Below the pieces are notes generated by a model. The model ran no database searches. It had not been told where the DNA came from and was given only the letters and a program-made list of their open reading frames with translations. Below, piece by piece: positions 1 to 9,823 of a DNA stretch of 63,418 nucleotides. This stretch comes from Bacilli bacterium (GTDB taxonomy: Bacteria; Bacillota_I; Bacilli_A; RF39; UBA660), in NCBI GenBank assembly GCA_017459425.1, contig JAFUCZ010000004.1, positions 1 to 63,418 on the forward strand. The letters are read 5' to 3'. Position numbers and translations under genes: made by a program. Each line of letters opens with the position of its first letter. The stretch's first letter is position 1.

Positions 1-30
1 CAATATGGATATAAGACGAAATAAATATAG

Positions 31-52
31 GACGGATGAAAATCCGTTTTTG
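31..52 (+). terminator. putative intrinsic terminator of a gene upstream of the window
   Basis: Hairpin ACGGAT-GAAA-ATCCGT followed by a T-run. Confidence 0.5.
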
Positions 53-77
53 TATGTTATAATGTTTAATAGAGGAG

Positions 78-848
78 TTGAATCTAGTGAAAAAGAGAGA
101 AATAGTAATAATTAGTATTCTAACAATTGTATTAGCATTTATGGATATAAGTGGAATGCCTAGTGCTTTATTTGTAAATATAAAAGTATTGGATATAAAT
201 CCTATTTATTTTACTTTAATGATTAATTTTATTTTTATCGGTATAATTGCATTCTTCACATTAAAGTATTTATGTCCAAATTGGAAGTTAGGATTTAATA
301 AAACAGGAATTATATCTGGTTTAAGAAAATATGGAATAGTTGGAATTATTGTTGCTATTATAACAGGGATAGCTTTTTATATAGGTTTAAAATTTGATGC
401 ACACCCTAGTATATGGAAAATTTTGATTGAAGGAATTATATATTATATTGGCGTAGCAATAATTGAAGAATTATATGTTAGAGGATTATTATTAAACCTT
501 ATTGAGAAAATTAGTTATAAAAGTAAATATAGTACTTTAATAGGAATTATTGTTTCATCAGTTATATTTGGTATAGGACATATATTTGGAGTGTTAGGAG
601 AACCTATTTTAATAATAATTACAAAAGTAGTATGGACTATAGCAATGGGGATGTATTTTGGTGCAATATACAAAAAAACAAATAATTTATGGATTCCAAT
701 TCTATTACATTTCATAATAAATATTTGTGCATTACCATATTGCTTCACTACTAATACTTCTTATCCAATAATAAGTTTGTATATTATATTACCAGTATAT
801 TTATTACTTGGAGTTTATAGCATATATATTATAAGAAAGAGTAAGTAA
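78..848 (+). CDS. CPBP-family intramembrane glutamic protease (CAAX/Abi type)
   Basis: Multi-TM 256-aa ORF carrying EELYVRG (EExxxR), FGIGH (FxxxH) and LLHFIIN motifs. The start could instead be GTG 87, which lies behind AGGAG. Confidence 0.8.
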   Translation: MNLVKKREIVIISILTIVLAFMDISGMPSALFVNIKVLDINPIYFTLMINFIFIGIIAFFTLKYLCPNWKLGFNKTGIISGLRKYGIVGIIVAIITGIAFYIGLKFDAHPSIWKILIEGIIYYIGVAIIEELYVRGLLLNLIEKISYKSKYSTLIGIIVSSVIFGIGHIFGVLGEPILIIITKVVWTIAMGMYFGAIYKKTNNLWIPILLHFIINICALPYCFTTNTSYPIISLYIILPVYLLLGVYSIYIIRKSK

Positions 849-883
849 AAGTCTTCGCAATAGGTTGCTAGTCCGAACAGATG

Positions 884-907
884 ACAGACTGAAAAGTCTG
901 TTTTTTT
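884..907 (+). terminator. intrinsic terminator after the CPBP gene
   Basis: ACAGACT-GAAA-AGTCTGT hairpin followed by T7. Confidence 0.7.
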
Positions 908-939
908 ATGCAATAAATTTAAAGAAAGGAGGTATTTAT

Positions 940-1905
940 ATGAATGAGAATACAATAAAAATAATAGGAAATGAAATGGTTAAATATTTAAATAACTTTC
1001 AGATGTCTAAATTAAACGAAGTATTATATAAGACAATTGATTTAGATTATTCTGATAACATTTCTAATATAGATTATTTAGAAAGATTTTTAAGTGCAAA
1101 GAAATTAGAAGGTATATCTAATAAAACATTAGTTAATTATAAAAGGTATATATTAAAGATGTATGATTCAGTCAATAAAGATATAAGAATAATTGATGCT
1201 AATGATATAAGATCATTTTTAACGGATTATCAAACAAAAACAGATTGCATAAATTCATCAATGGAAAATATAAGATGTTCTCTAGCTAGTTTTTTTAGTT
1301 GGCTTGAAAGAGAAGATTATATATTAAAAAGTCCAATTAAAAAAATACATAAAATTAAATCTGATATTAAGATAAAAGAAATATATTCGGATGAAGCAAT
1401 AGAAAAGTTAAGAAACACTTGTGATAATGAAAGAGATTTAGCTATTATTGATTTACTTATATCTTCTGGAATAAGAGTAAGTGAATTAGTACATATTAAT
1501 ATATCTGATCTTAATTTTGATAATTGCTCTTGTAAGGTGTTTGGTAAAGGTAATAAAGAACGAGAAGTATATTTTGATGCTAAAACTAAATTACATATTC
1601 AAGAATATTTAGATAGTAGGAATGATGATGAATCTGCTTTATTTATAGGTAATATAAAACCTCATAAAAGATTAGGTACTAGAGCAGTTGAAATGATGCT
1701 TAATAAACTAGCTACTAAAGTAGAATTAAATAATGTTTATCCTCATAAATTTAGAAGAACTTTAGCAACTAAAGCGATTGATAAAGGAATGCCAATAGAA
1801 CAAGTACAAAAACTATTAGGACACACAAAAATTGATACAACATTACATTATGCGCAAGTTAGTCAAAGTAATGTTAAAATATCTCATAGAAAGTATATAT
1901 GCTAA
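940..1905 (+). CDS. tyrosine recombinase / phage-type integrase
   Basis: ATG 940 lies behind AAGGAGG. SAM-like N-domain, catalytic region GIRVSEL, HKFRRTLAT and LLGHTKIDTTLHYAQV. The 865 start in the ORF track is an unlikely extension. Confidence 0.85.
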   Translation: MNENTIKIIGNEMVKYLNNFQMSKLNEVLYKTIDLDYSDNISNIDYLERFLSAKKLEGISNKTLVNYKRYILKMYDSVNKDIRIIDANDIRSFLTDYQTKTDCINSSMENIRCSLASFFSWLEREDYILKSPIKKIHKIKSDIKIKEIYSDEAIEKLRNTCDNERDLAIIDLLISSGIRVSELVHINISDLNFDNCSCKVFGKGNKEREVYFDAKTKLHIQEYLDSRNDDESALFIGNIKPHKRLGTRAVEMMLNKLATKVELNNVYPHKFRRTLATKAIDKGMPIEQVQKLLGHTKIDTTLHYAQVSQSNVKISHRKYIC

Positions 1906-1964
1906 GCTAATAAAAAAATATAAACATTCTGTGGTATAATGGTAAGTAAGAGTGGTGATTTATT

Positions 1965-2195
1965 ATGGCATATGAAGATTTTAAAAATAAATTTATTACC
2001 AATAATAAAATCAAATTTAAATTGTATAGCTTAGAATATATTGTTGAACAAAAAGACAATTATGTTGAGATATATGCAATTAATTATGAAAAAAGGAAAC
2101 AACAATATATATCCTTAGATGACTTAGTTAATAATTATACTGTTTATAATGAACCAATAATAAGTCAATTTAATAGAGTTATAGTTATAGAATAA
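1965..2195 (+). CDS. hypothetical protein (76 aa)
   Basis: ORF preceded by an extended -10 box TGTGGTATAAT (1930-1940). It is the first gene of a tightly packed same-strand cluster. Confidence 0.55.
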   Translation: MAYEDFKNKFITNNKIKFKLYSLEYIVEQKDNYVEIYAINYEKRKQQYISLDDLVNNYTVYNEPIISQFNRVIVIE

Positions 2196-2206
2196 TAGGT
2201 GGTAAG

Positions 2207-4075
2207 ATGGGGAAAATTTGTTATTATTCGCTAGATGGGAAATTACAACATGAATATGAATTAGAAAAATCTTTATTGGATAATTTACAATCTTTAATGT
2301 GTAGAGTTTATTTAAAGAATGGTAATACTAGAGATGGATATACGAACACCGAAGATCTATTTCAAAAAAACATATTAAAATTATGGATTCAAGAATTCGA
2401 TGTCATTGAAGAATGGGAAGTTAATTATGATGAAATAGAAAGAGTAGATGTTCTTCTATCTAGTCATCCAATGTATGGTCATAAAATGATGAATCAATTT
2501 GAATTTGAATATGAATCAAATAAAAAACTATATAACGATGAAAACCACTTTTATATTTATGTTGAATATATTGATATGCCAAATGATAGAATGTATTGCT
2601 ATACTTCTGATGATGAATCAATTAAAAAAGATGACTATGTATTAGTAAAAAGGAATCAATTTGAAATACCAGCTAAAGTTATTAATACAGCTTATTATAC
2701 TGATATGGAAGCTCCATATCCTTTCTCAAAACTAAAACATGTAATAAAAAAATATCCAAAAGAATACAAGTTTTTTGTTGATCAAGAAGATGATTTTTAT
2801 GATGATGAAGATTATGGATTTTGTTCATATATTGGTGTTAACGAAAAAGAATTTATCAAGTTTGAACTTCATTCATTTTTAATAGGAAAATATGAATATA
2901 AAATATATAGAGCGACAAAAAATGGAACAATTAAGAATGAAGATAAATATTATGAAGCTGGATTAAGTGATGAAAAATTTGACGCATTAATAGATAAAAT
3001 TAAAGAAAATTATATTGATAGATGGGATAAAGAATATGTAGATAATAATGTTTTAGATGGCGAATCATGGGAGCTAGAAATAAATACTAAAGATATTAAA
3101 CTAAAATCATCTGGAATGAATGCTTATCCAGATAATTACGATACATTTTTAAATCTATTAGAAATTAATAATGTTCCAATAGATGAATATTATCCAGTTG
3201 AGGAAAATGCAATTACAGATGATGAAGAACATGAATTTATCTCTTATTTTAATAAAGATGTAATCATTGTATTCAAAAATTTTAAAACACTTTCTGGGCA
3301 TTGTGAAACATTTACAAGAAAAGAAGATTCCGATTACTATGAACCTGAACTAACTATTGCATCTAAAAAAGGATATATTGCTGTTAAATATTCTGAAGTA
3401 TTATTAATTGTAAGTGAATTAGATAGAATAAGAACTCACGATAATCGTATTGGTACAGTAATGGCTATTTATCCTAATACAACAGGAATAGAAGTGAAAT
3501 TTGATGATATTGCTCCTAAAACAGAAACAATTGACATAAAAGATGTCGAAGAGGTCTTAAATAATCGAATTAAAATAAAAGAAGAAATTGATAAATTAAA
3601 ATTAAATAAAATATCTAAAGAAGATTTTCTTAAACTAAAAGAAGATAGTATTTTATTCATTACTAATCCTGGAAGAATGGGTGATGAGGATGGAATTACA
3701 TTCATTATTAAATCTAATGATACTTTTGAAGTTTACAGAGTAGGTGGATGGATGTATGGTGAAAGAACAAAGAATATGATTACTTTAAATGACGCCTATA
3801 AACAATTTCCAAAATGGCATGAAGCATGGAGTCATGGAACTGAAGAAGATTATAAAGGAAAATATAAACATTTATATATGGGATTTGGAAATGGATTAAA
3901 TGTAGATAATTCTATTTACAATGAATTCAAACCATATTTAGATGAAGAAGTTGAAAAAAATCTTGCTAAGTATAGTGATAAAGAAAAAGAAGAAATGAAA
4001 TATGCTACTATATTTAATGTTTGGGAAAAAGCATTTATTAATATGGCAAAGGATAAAAATTATAAAATTAATTAA
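2207..4075 (+). CDS. hypothetical multi-module protein (622 aa), no recognisable catalytic motif
   Basis: An open frame this long is very unlikely by chance in such AT-rich DNA. RBS is GGTGG, with an 11-nt gap to the previous gene. Confidence 0.75.
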   Translation: MGKICYYSLDGKLQHEYELEKSLLDNLQSLMCRVYLKNGNTRDGYTNTEDLFQKNILKLWIQEFDVIEEWEVNYDEIERVDVLLSSHPMYGHKMMNQFEFEYESNKKLYNDENHFYIYVEYIDMPNDRMYCYTSDDESIKKDDYVLVKRNQFEIPAKVINTAYYTDMEAPYPFSKLKHVIKKYPKEYKFFVDQEDDFYDDEDYGFCSYIGVNEKEFIKFELHSFLIGKYEYKIYRATKNGTIKNEDKYYEAGLSDEKFDALIDKIKENYIDRWDKEYVDNNVLDGESWELEINTKDIKLKSSGMNAYPDNYDTFLNLLEINNVPIDEYYPVEENAITDDEEHEFISYFNKDVIIVFKNFKTLSGHCETFTRKEDSDYYEPELTIASKKGYIAVKYSEVLLIVSELDRIRTHDNRIGTVMAIYPNTTGIEVKFDDIAPKTETIDIKDVEEVLNNRIKIKEEIDKLKLNKISKEDFLKLKEDSILFITNPGRMGDEDGITFIIKSNDTFEVYRVGGWMYGERTKNMITLNDAYKQFPKWHEAWSHGTEEDYKGKYKHLYMGFGNGLNVDNSIYNEFKPYLDEEVEKNLAKYSDKEKEEMKYATIFNVWEKAFINMAKDKNYKIN

Positions 4076-4087
4076 GGAGGAATTGTA

Positions 4088-4672
4088 ATGATTAATATTC
4101 CAAGACCAAATAAAAATATAATAGAAGAATATCTTGTTAAATGGGATAATTTAGAAGATCATTATATTTGGCAAGAATCTAGTTTAGATAAATTGTTTCA
4201 TAAAGACTATAAAAGTAATACTGATTTAAATGAAATATTAATTAAGTGTAGTTGCTTAAATGACTTTTATAGTACCAATATATTTTTGATATATCCTGTA
4301 GCGAAAAACATTTATGATTTAAAAATTGATAAAAGATTAAAACAAGGTGATCCATCTTTGGTTAATGATATCGCTCATGTAACTATAAGTGGCAAAGAAA
4401 AAGTATTTTATTCATTTGCATCTAAATATTGTAGCCACCATAATAATGTAGAATTTCCTATATATGATTATTTTGTAGATAAAATGTTAATGTATTTTCA
4501 AAAAAGAGATAAGTTTTCTAATTTCAAATCTAATGATTTAAAAGATTATGTTAAATTTAAAAATATACTAATAGATTTTAAAAAGTTTTATGATATTGAT
4601 GAATTTAATTTAAGAGATATAGATAAATATTTATGGATAGCTGGAAAAGAATATTTTCCTAAAAAATATTAG
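4088..4672 (+). CDS. hypothetical protein (194 aa)
   Basis: Strong RBS AAGGAGG, 12 nt after the previous stop. A conserved-looking core YSFASKYCSHHNNVEFPIYDYFV is present; the family is not recognised with certainty. Confidence 0.7.
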   Translation: MINIPRPNKNIIEEYLVKWDNLEDHYIWQESSLDKLFHKDYKSNTDLNEILIKCSCLNDFYSTNIFLIYPVAKNIYDLKIDKRLKQGDPSLVNDIAHVTISGKEKVFYSFASKYCSHHNNVEFPIYDYFVDKMLMYFQKRDKFSNFKSNDLKDYVKFKNILIDFKKFYDIDEFNLRDIDKYLWIAGKEYFPKKY

Positions 4673-4686
4673 AAAGGAATAATATT

Positions 4687-4926
4687 ATGGGATTATTTGA
4701 TGATTTATTTGAAAATGATAAAAAGAAAAGTCAACAAGCTTTTGGTTTATTTTCTTTTATGAATGAACAACAAGAAGAAAACAATAGTGAATATACTGAT
4801 GAAGAATTAGATAGTTATGGATTGGAAGATTGGCAAAAAGAAGAGGTAAAAAAAGGAAACTACGATCCATGGAATTTTGAAGAAGAAGATTTAGAAGAGG
4901 ATGATTATTATTCAGAGGATGATTAA
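4687..4926 (+). CDS. small highly acidic protein (79 aa)
   Basis: About 28 of 79 residues are D/E against 6 K and no R. RBS is AAAGGA. The gene is followed by a terminator. Confidence 0.6.
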   Translation: MGLFDDLFENDKKKSQQAFGLFSFMNEQQEENNSEYTDEELDSYGLEDWQKEEVKKGNYDPWNFEEEDLEEDDYYSEDD

Positions 4927-4939
4927 TAATCATCTTTTT
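4918..4939 (+). terminator. intrinsic terminator closing the 1965-4926 operon
   Basis: GATGATT-AAT-AATCATC hairpin plus T5, overlapping the stop codon. Confidence 0.6.
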
Positions 4940-4971
4940 AATTGGAAATCGTGTGTAAATTGACAAATCTA

Positions 4972-4980
4972 TGATATAAT
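4972..4980 (+). promoter_or_regulatory. extended -10 promoter (TGATATAAT) for the 149-aa ORF / hsdR / hsdM operon
   Basis: TGnTATAAT match about 36 nt upstream of ATG 5016. No correctly spaced -35 box was seen. Confidence 0.45.
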
Positions 4981-5015
4981 TATAAATGAGCGAAAGTATT
5001 AAGTGAGGTGAAGGA

Positions 5016-5465
5016 ATGAAAACTATTGCATTAAGATTTTCAGATAACTATGCACCTAAAGAAGGTATGATATTCCTTCATCAAAAAGTAATAGATGATA
5101 ATGGATATGTTTGGTATGGAAAGTTTGGAAATAGAATATCTAAAGATATTATAGAAGAACAATTAAAGACGGATGATCCAAAATTACTATTAATAAAAAG
5201 TGGTAGTGTAGAAAGATATTGGCTTCATTTTACTAGTTATCAAGAAAGTATTCCTGAATTGGATAAAATCCCTGAATACTATAGAAATAATTGTAATGAT
5301 ATTAAATGCTGGTTTAAAGTTATTAGATTTGAGAGAGCTGAAAAGGATGTATTAAGCAAGTGTTTTGTATTATCATCTGGTGATTGCTTATCAAATGCTA
5401 GTAAACATAGTATGAATCCATATTTTAAAATAGAATATAGAGGTGATAAAGATGGGGCAATATGA
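5016..5465 (+). CDS. hypothetical protein (149 aa), translationally coupled to hsdR
   Basis: RBS is AGGTGAAGGA. Its TGA stop (5463-5465) lies 14 nt inside hsdR. No recognised motif. Confidence 0.7.
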   Translation: MKTIALRFSDNYAPKEGMIFLHQKVIDDNGYVWYGKFGNRISKDIIEEQLKTDDPKLLLIKSGSVERYWLHFTSYQESIPELDKIPEYYRNNCNDIKCWFKVIRFERAEKDVLSKCFVLSSGDCLSNASKHSMNPYFKIEYRGDKDGAI

Positions 5466-8202
5466 AAGTGAATCTAAATTAGAAGATAGAATGATAGACC
5501 AATTAAAAAAACAAGGATATCAGTATGTTGAAATAAATGATGTAACTGAATTAGAAAAAAATTTCAGAGAACAAGTAAATCTTCATAATAGAGGAGAACT
5601 TAAATTTAAAGATTTGTCTGATAAAGAATTTGAAAGACTTATGGTAAAAATATCTGGTAAAGGTGTTTTTCAGTCTGCTAAAGAATTAAGACAAAAACAA
5701 GATATTCAAAGAGATGATGGTTCAATTGTTTATATTGAATTATTTAATACTAAAGATTGGTGTAAGAATACTTTCCAAGTAACTCATCAAACTACAGTTG
5801 AAGGTAAATATACTAATAGATATGATGTAACTATTTTAATAAATGGACTTCCTCTTGTACAAATTGAATTAAAACGAAGAGGAATAGATATGAAAGAAGC
5901 TTTTAATCAAATCAAAAGATATAAAAGACATTCATATTTTGGTTTGTACAAATTTATTCAATTATTTATTATAAGTAATGGTGTAGATACAAAATATTTT
6001 GCAAATGGAGATCAAGAACTTAATTATGGTTTTACTTTCTATTGGACTGATGTTAATAATGAAAGAATAACTAACCTAGAACAATTTTGCTTATTCTTCC
6101 TAGATAGATGTCATATTGGCAAGATGATTGCAAGATATATGATTATAAATGAAACAGAAAAAATGTTGATGGTTATGCGACCTTATCAAGTTTATGCTGT
6201 TGAAAATATAGTATCTCGTGCTTTAGATACAAATAATAATGGTTATATATGGCATACTACAGGATCAGGTAAAACTATTACTTCATTTAAAACAAGTCAA
6301 ATACTTGCTTTAGAACCATCTATCAATCAAGTATTCTTCTTAGTTGATAGAAAAGATTTAGATAAACAAACCTTAGATGAATTTAATAAATTCGATCCAG
6401 GTTGTGTTGATATGACAAATCAAACAGATAAATTGATACAACAAATAAAAGACAGCACAAAACCATTAATAATTACTACAATTCAAAAAATGGCTAATGC
6501 ATGTTCAAATCCTAAATATGCAACTGTTATGGAAAAATATAAAGATTTAAAAACAATCTTTATTATAGATGAATGTCATAGATCTCAATTTGGAGATATG
6601 CATAGACAAATATCTAAAACATTTAGTAAAGCTCAATATTTTGGATTTACTGGTACTCCTAGATTTAAAGAAAATCCATCACAAGATGGAAGAAGTACAG
6701 CAGATATTTTTGAAAAATGTTTACATACATATTTAATTAAAGATGCTATTAAAGATGAAAATGTATTAGGATTCTCAGTAGATTATATGAAGTTTGTTGA
6801 ATTTAATGGACAAACAGAAGAAGATTTAATGGTAGAAGGAATAGATACTGATGAAGTATTTATGGCTGATGATAGAGTAAGACTTATTGCACAAGATATT
6901 ATTGATCATCATAATGTAAAAACAAGAGATAGAAAATATAATGCATTATTTACTGTTTCATCAATTCCTTTATTAATTAAGTATTATGATATGTTTAAAT
7001 CATTGAATCACGATTTAAAGATTGGTGCTATATTTACTTATGGAGCTAATGAGGATTTAGATAAGAATCCAGAACATTCAAGAGAAGTCTTAGATAGATA
7101 TATGAAGGACTATAATAAGATGTTCAAGACTAATTTTAGTACTCATACATTTGATTCTTATTTTAGAGATATATGTAAGAGAATTAAAAATACTGAAATA
7201 GATATTGTTATAGTAGTTAATATGTTATTAACTGGATTTGATGCTAAAAGATTAAATACTTTATATGTAGATAAATCACTAAAGTATCATGATCTTATTC
7301 AAGCGTTTTCAAGAACTAACAGAGTTGAATCTGATACTAAACCATTTGGTAATATAGTATGTTACAGAACAACTAAAGCTAGAGTAGATGAAGCTGTTAA
7401 ATTGTTCTCACAAACAAATAGTGTGGATACAGTTATTATGGCTCCGTATGAAACTTACTTAGAAAAATTCAATAATGCAGTAAATAAATTATTAAAAATT
7501 ACACCAGTAGTTGAAAGTGTAGATTCACTTGAAAGCGAAGATGATATAAAAGAATTTATTGTAGCATTTAGAGAAGTTGCTAAGATATTAGTTAGTTTAA
7601 AAACATTTAATCAATTTGATTTAGGTAATACTGATTCAATGATTAATACTCAAATGTTTGAAGATTATAAATCTAAATATTACGAATTATATAGAAAATT
7701 ATCTAATGACAAAGAAAAGAGTTCTATCTTGAATGATATTACATTCTCACTAGAACTAATACAAACTGATAAAATTAATGTTTCTTATATCTTAAATTTA
7801 ATTAGAAATGTTGATTTATCAAATGAAGAACAAAAACAAAAAGATATTGCTGATATTCAAAGCAAATTAGTTAATATTACAGATGATGAATTATTCTTAA
7901 AAGCTGAATTAATTAAGAGCTTCTTATCTTCTATATTACCAGCTTTAAAAGAAGAAGATTCGATAGATGAAGCATTCGATAATCACATGAATAAAGAAAG
8001 ACAAAAAGAGATTGAAAAATTCGCAACTGAAAATAATATTAACTTAGAAACATTAGAAACAATTATTAATGAATTTGAATATAGTGGTATTTTCCCAGAT
8101 GGATTAATAGGACAATCTATTGAAGCTCCATTCTTAAAGAAAATATCAATTATAGAAAATATTAAAGGATTCGTTAAAAATCTATTAAAGAAATATATGT
8201 AG
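5452..8202 (+). CDS. hsdR: type I restriction enzyme, R subunit
   Basis: SF2 translocase motifs TGSGKT and DECHRSQ, plus the typical HsdR N-terminal nuclease region. ATG 5452 lies behind GAGGTG; GTG 5443 is also possible. Confidence 0.93.
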   Translation: MGQYESESKLEDRMIDQLKKQGYQYVEINDVTELEKNFREQVNLHNRGELKFKDLSDKEFERLMVKISGKGVFQSAKELRQKQDIQRDDGSIVYIELFNTKDWCKNTFQVTHQTTVEGKYTNRYDVTILINGLPLVQIELKRRGIDMKEAFNQIKRYKRHSYFGLYKFIQLFIISNGVDTKYFANGDQELNYGFTFYWTDVNNERITNLEQFCLFFLDRCHIGKMIARYMIINETEKMLMVMRPYQVYAVENIVSRALDTNNNGYIWHTTGSGKTITSFKTSQILALEPSINQVFFLVDRKDLDKQTLDEFNKFDPGCVDMTNQTDKLIQQIKDSTKPLIITTIQKMANACSNPKYATVMEKYKDLKTIFIIDECHRSQFGDMHRQISKTFSKAQYFGFTGTPRFKENPSQDGRSTADIFEKCLHTYLIKDAIKDENVLGFSVDYMKFVEFNGQTEEDLMVEGIDTDEVFMADDRVRLIAQDIIDHHNVKTRDRKYNALFTVSSIPLLIKYYDMFKSLNHDLKIGAIFTYGANEDLDKNPEHSREVLDRYMKDYNKMFKTNFSTHTFDSYFRDICKRIKNTEIDIVIVVNMLLTGFDAKRLNTLYVDKSLKYHDLIQAFSRTNRVESDTKPFGNIVCYRTTKARVDEAVKLFSQTNSVDTVIMAPYETYLEKFNNAVNKLLKITPVVESVDSLESEDDIKEFIVAFREVAKILVSLKTFNQFDLGNTDSMINTQMFEDYKSKYYELYRKLSNDKEKSSILNDITFSLELIQTDKINVSYILNLIRNVDLSNEEQKQKDIADIQSKLVNITDDELFLKAELIKSFLSSILPALKEEDSIDEAFDNHMNKERQKEIEKFATENNINLETLETIINEFEYSGIFPDGLIGQSIEAPFLKKISIIENIKGFVKNLLKKYM

Positions 8203-8216
8203 GAGGTTAAAATAAT

Positions 8217-9779
8217 ATGTCTAGAGAAGAAAAACAACAATCACAACAAGCAGAACTTCAAAAACAATTATGGAGTATTGCTAATACCTTAAGAGGTAAT
8301 ATGGATGCTAATGATTTTAAAAACTATATTCTTGGATTAATCTTCTACAGATATTTATCTGAAAATCTAGTTAATTATGTTAATTCAACATATTTAAAAG
8401 ATGATAATATCGATTATGAAGAAGCTTGGAATAAAGAAGAGTATAGAGAAGCTTTAAAATCACAATTAATTAATGATTCAAATATGGGATATTTCCTAGA
8501 AGCCGATTATTTGTGGAGTACATTAATTAAGAAAATTAAAACTGGTAAATTTGATATTTCAATGTTAGCAAAAGCAGTTAATACAATATCTGAATCTACT
8601 TTAGGAAATGAATCAGAAGATGACTTTGAAAACTTATTTGAAGATATGGATTTAAACAACTCTAAATTAGGTAGAGGAGAAGCTGAAAGAACCAAATTAA
8701 TATCAACTATTATGCTTAAAATTGATGATATAGATTTTCATCATGAAGATGCAGAAATTGATGTTTTAGGTGATGCTTATGAATATTTGATTTCAAATTT
8801 TGCCGCATCAGCCGGAAAGAAAGCAGGAGAGTTTTATACTCCTCAACAAGTATCAAGAATACTTGCTAAATTAGTAACATTAAATAAATCAAAATTACAA
8901 AGTGTATATGATCCAACTTGTGGATCTGGTTCATTACTATTAAGAGTAGGTAAAGAAACTAAAGTAACATCTTATTATGGACAAGAGTTTAATTCAACTA
9001 CATACAACTTAGCTCGAATGAATATGTTATTACATGGTATTTCATTTAAACATTTTGATATTAAAAATGATGATACACTTGAAAGACCAAGACATATAGA
9101 TATGAAGTTTGATGCCATTGTTGCAAATCCACCATATTCAGCTCAATGGAGTGCAGATCCTAAGTTTATTGAAGACGAAAGATTTAGTGCTTATGGTAAA
9201 TTAGCTCCTAAATCAAAAGCTGATTTTGCATTCATTCAACATATGCTTTATCAACTATCTGATAATGGAACTATGGCTGTAGTTTTACCACATGGAGTTT
9301 TATTCAGAGGAGCTTCAGAAGGAACTATTAGAGAATACTTAATTAAAGAAAAAAATTATTTAGATGCTGTAATCGGATTACCAGCAAATATATTCTATGG
9401 AACAAGTATTCCAACTTGTATTCTTGTATTTAAAAAATGTAGAGAAAATGAAGAAAACATTTTATTTATAGATGCATCTAAAGATTTTGAAGCTGGAAAG
9501 AATCAAAATAGATTAAGAGATGAAGATGTAGATAAGATTATCGAAACTTATAAGAATAGAGTAGAAGTAGAAAAATATTGTCATGTTGCTCCTATGTCAG
9601 AAGTAGCAGAAAACGATTATAATCTTAATATTCCTCGATATGTAGATACATTTGAAGAGGAAGAAGCAATAGATATTAAAGCTGTTCAACAAGACTTAAA
9701 ACAAATTGATAAAGAAATAGCAGAAGTTGATAAAGAATTAAATGTATATCTAAAAGAATTAGGATTAGATGAAATATAA
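8217..9779 (+). CDS. hsdM: type I restriction-modification system, N6-adenine DNA methyltransferase subunit
   Basis: HsdM N-domain, SAM motif DPTCGSGS and catalytic VANPPYS. RBS is AGGAGG. Confidence 0.95.
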   Translation: MSREEKQQSQQAELQKQLWSIANTLRGNMDANDFKNYILGLIFYRYLSENLVNYVNSTYLKDDNIDYEEAWNKEEYREALKSQLINDSNMGYFLEADYLWSTLIKKIKTGKFDISMLAKAVNTISESTLGNESEDDFENLFEDMDLNNSKLGRGEAERTKLISTIMLKIDDIDFHHEDAEIDVLGDAYEYLISNFAASAGKKAGEFYTPQQVSRILAKLVTLNKSKLQSVYDPTCGSGSLLLRVGKETKVTSYYGQEFNSTTYNLARMNMLLHGISFKHFDIKNDDTLERPRHIDMKFDAIVANPPYSAQWSADPKFIEDERFSAYGKLAPKSKADFAFIQHMLYQLSDNGTMAVVLPHGVLFRGASEGTIREYLIKEKNYLDAVIGLPANIFYGTSIPTCILVFKKCRENEENILFIDASKDFEAGKNQNRLRDEDVDKIIETYKNRVEVEKYCHVAPMSEVAENDYNLNIPRYVDTFEEEEAIDIKAVQQDLKQIDKEIAEVDKELNVYLKELGLDEI

Positions 9780-9823
9780 AATAAAAAGGACTACACAAAC
9801 ATATTTTGCATAAGTCCTTTTTT
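9777..9823. repeat. 3'-end inverted repeat, partner of 13820-13866
   Basis: The reverse complement equals 13820-13866 in 46 of 47 positions. It covers the hsdS C-terminal codons KKGLMQNMFV and a self-complementary AAGGACT...AGTCCTT stem. Confidence 0.85.

Noticed and set aside
865-939. N-terminal extensions offered by the ORF track: 865 for the integrase, 25024 for xer, 39896 for the AAA+ gene, 51996 for truB, 31112 and 31780 for the XRE and KilA-N genes, and 12032 for hsdS-B.
   Set aside because: In each case an internal ATG with a good Shine-Dalgarno sequence matches the usual family N-terminus. The extension overlaps a terminator, a promoter or the upstream gene.
1930-1940. TGTGGTATAAT shared between 1930-1940 and 20305-20315, as possible att repeats bounding the island.
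   Set aside because: It is an extended -10 promoter consensus. Very similar boxes precede many genes in the window (45117, 52907, 30421, 32887, 26044). The similarity does not extend convincingly beyond the box.
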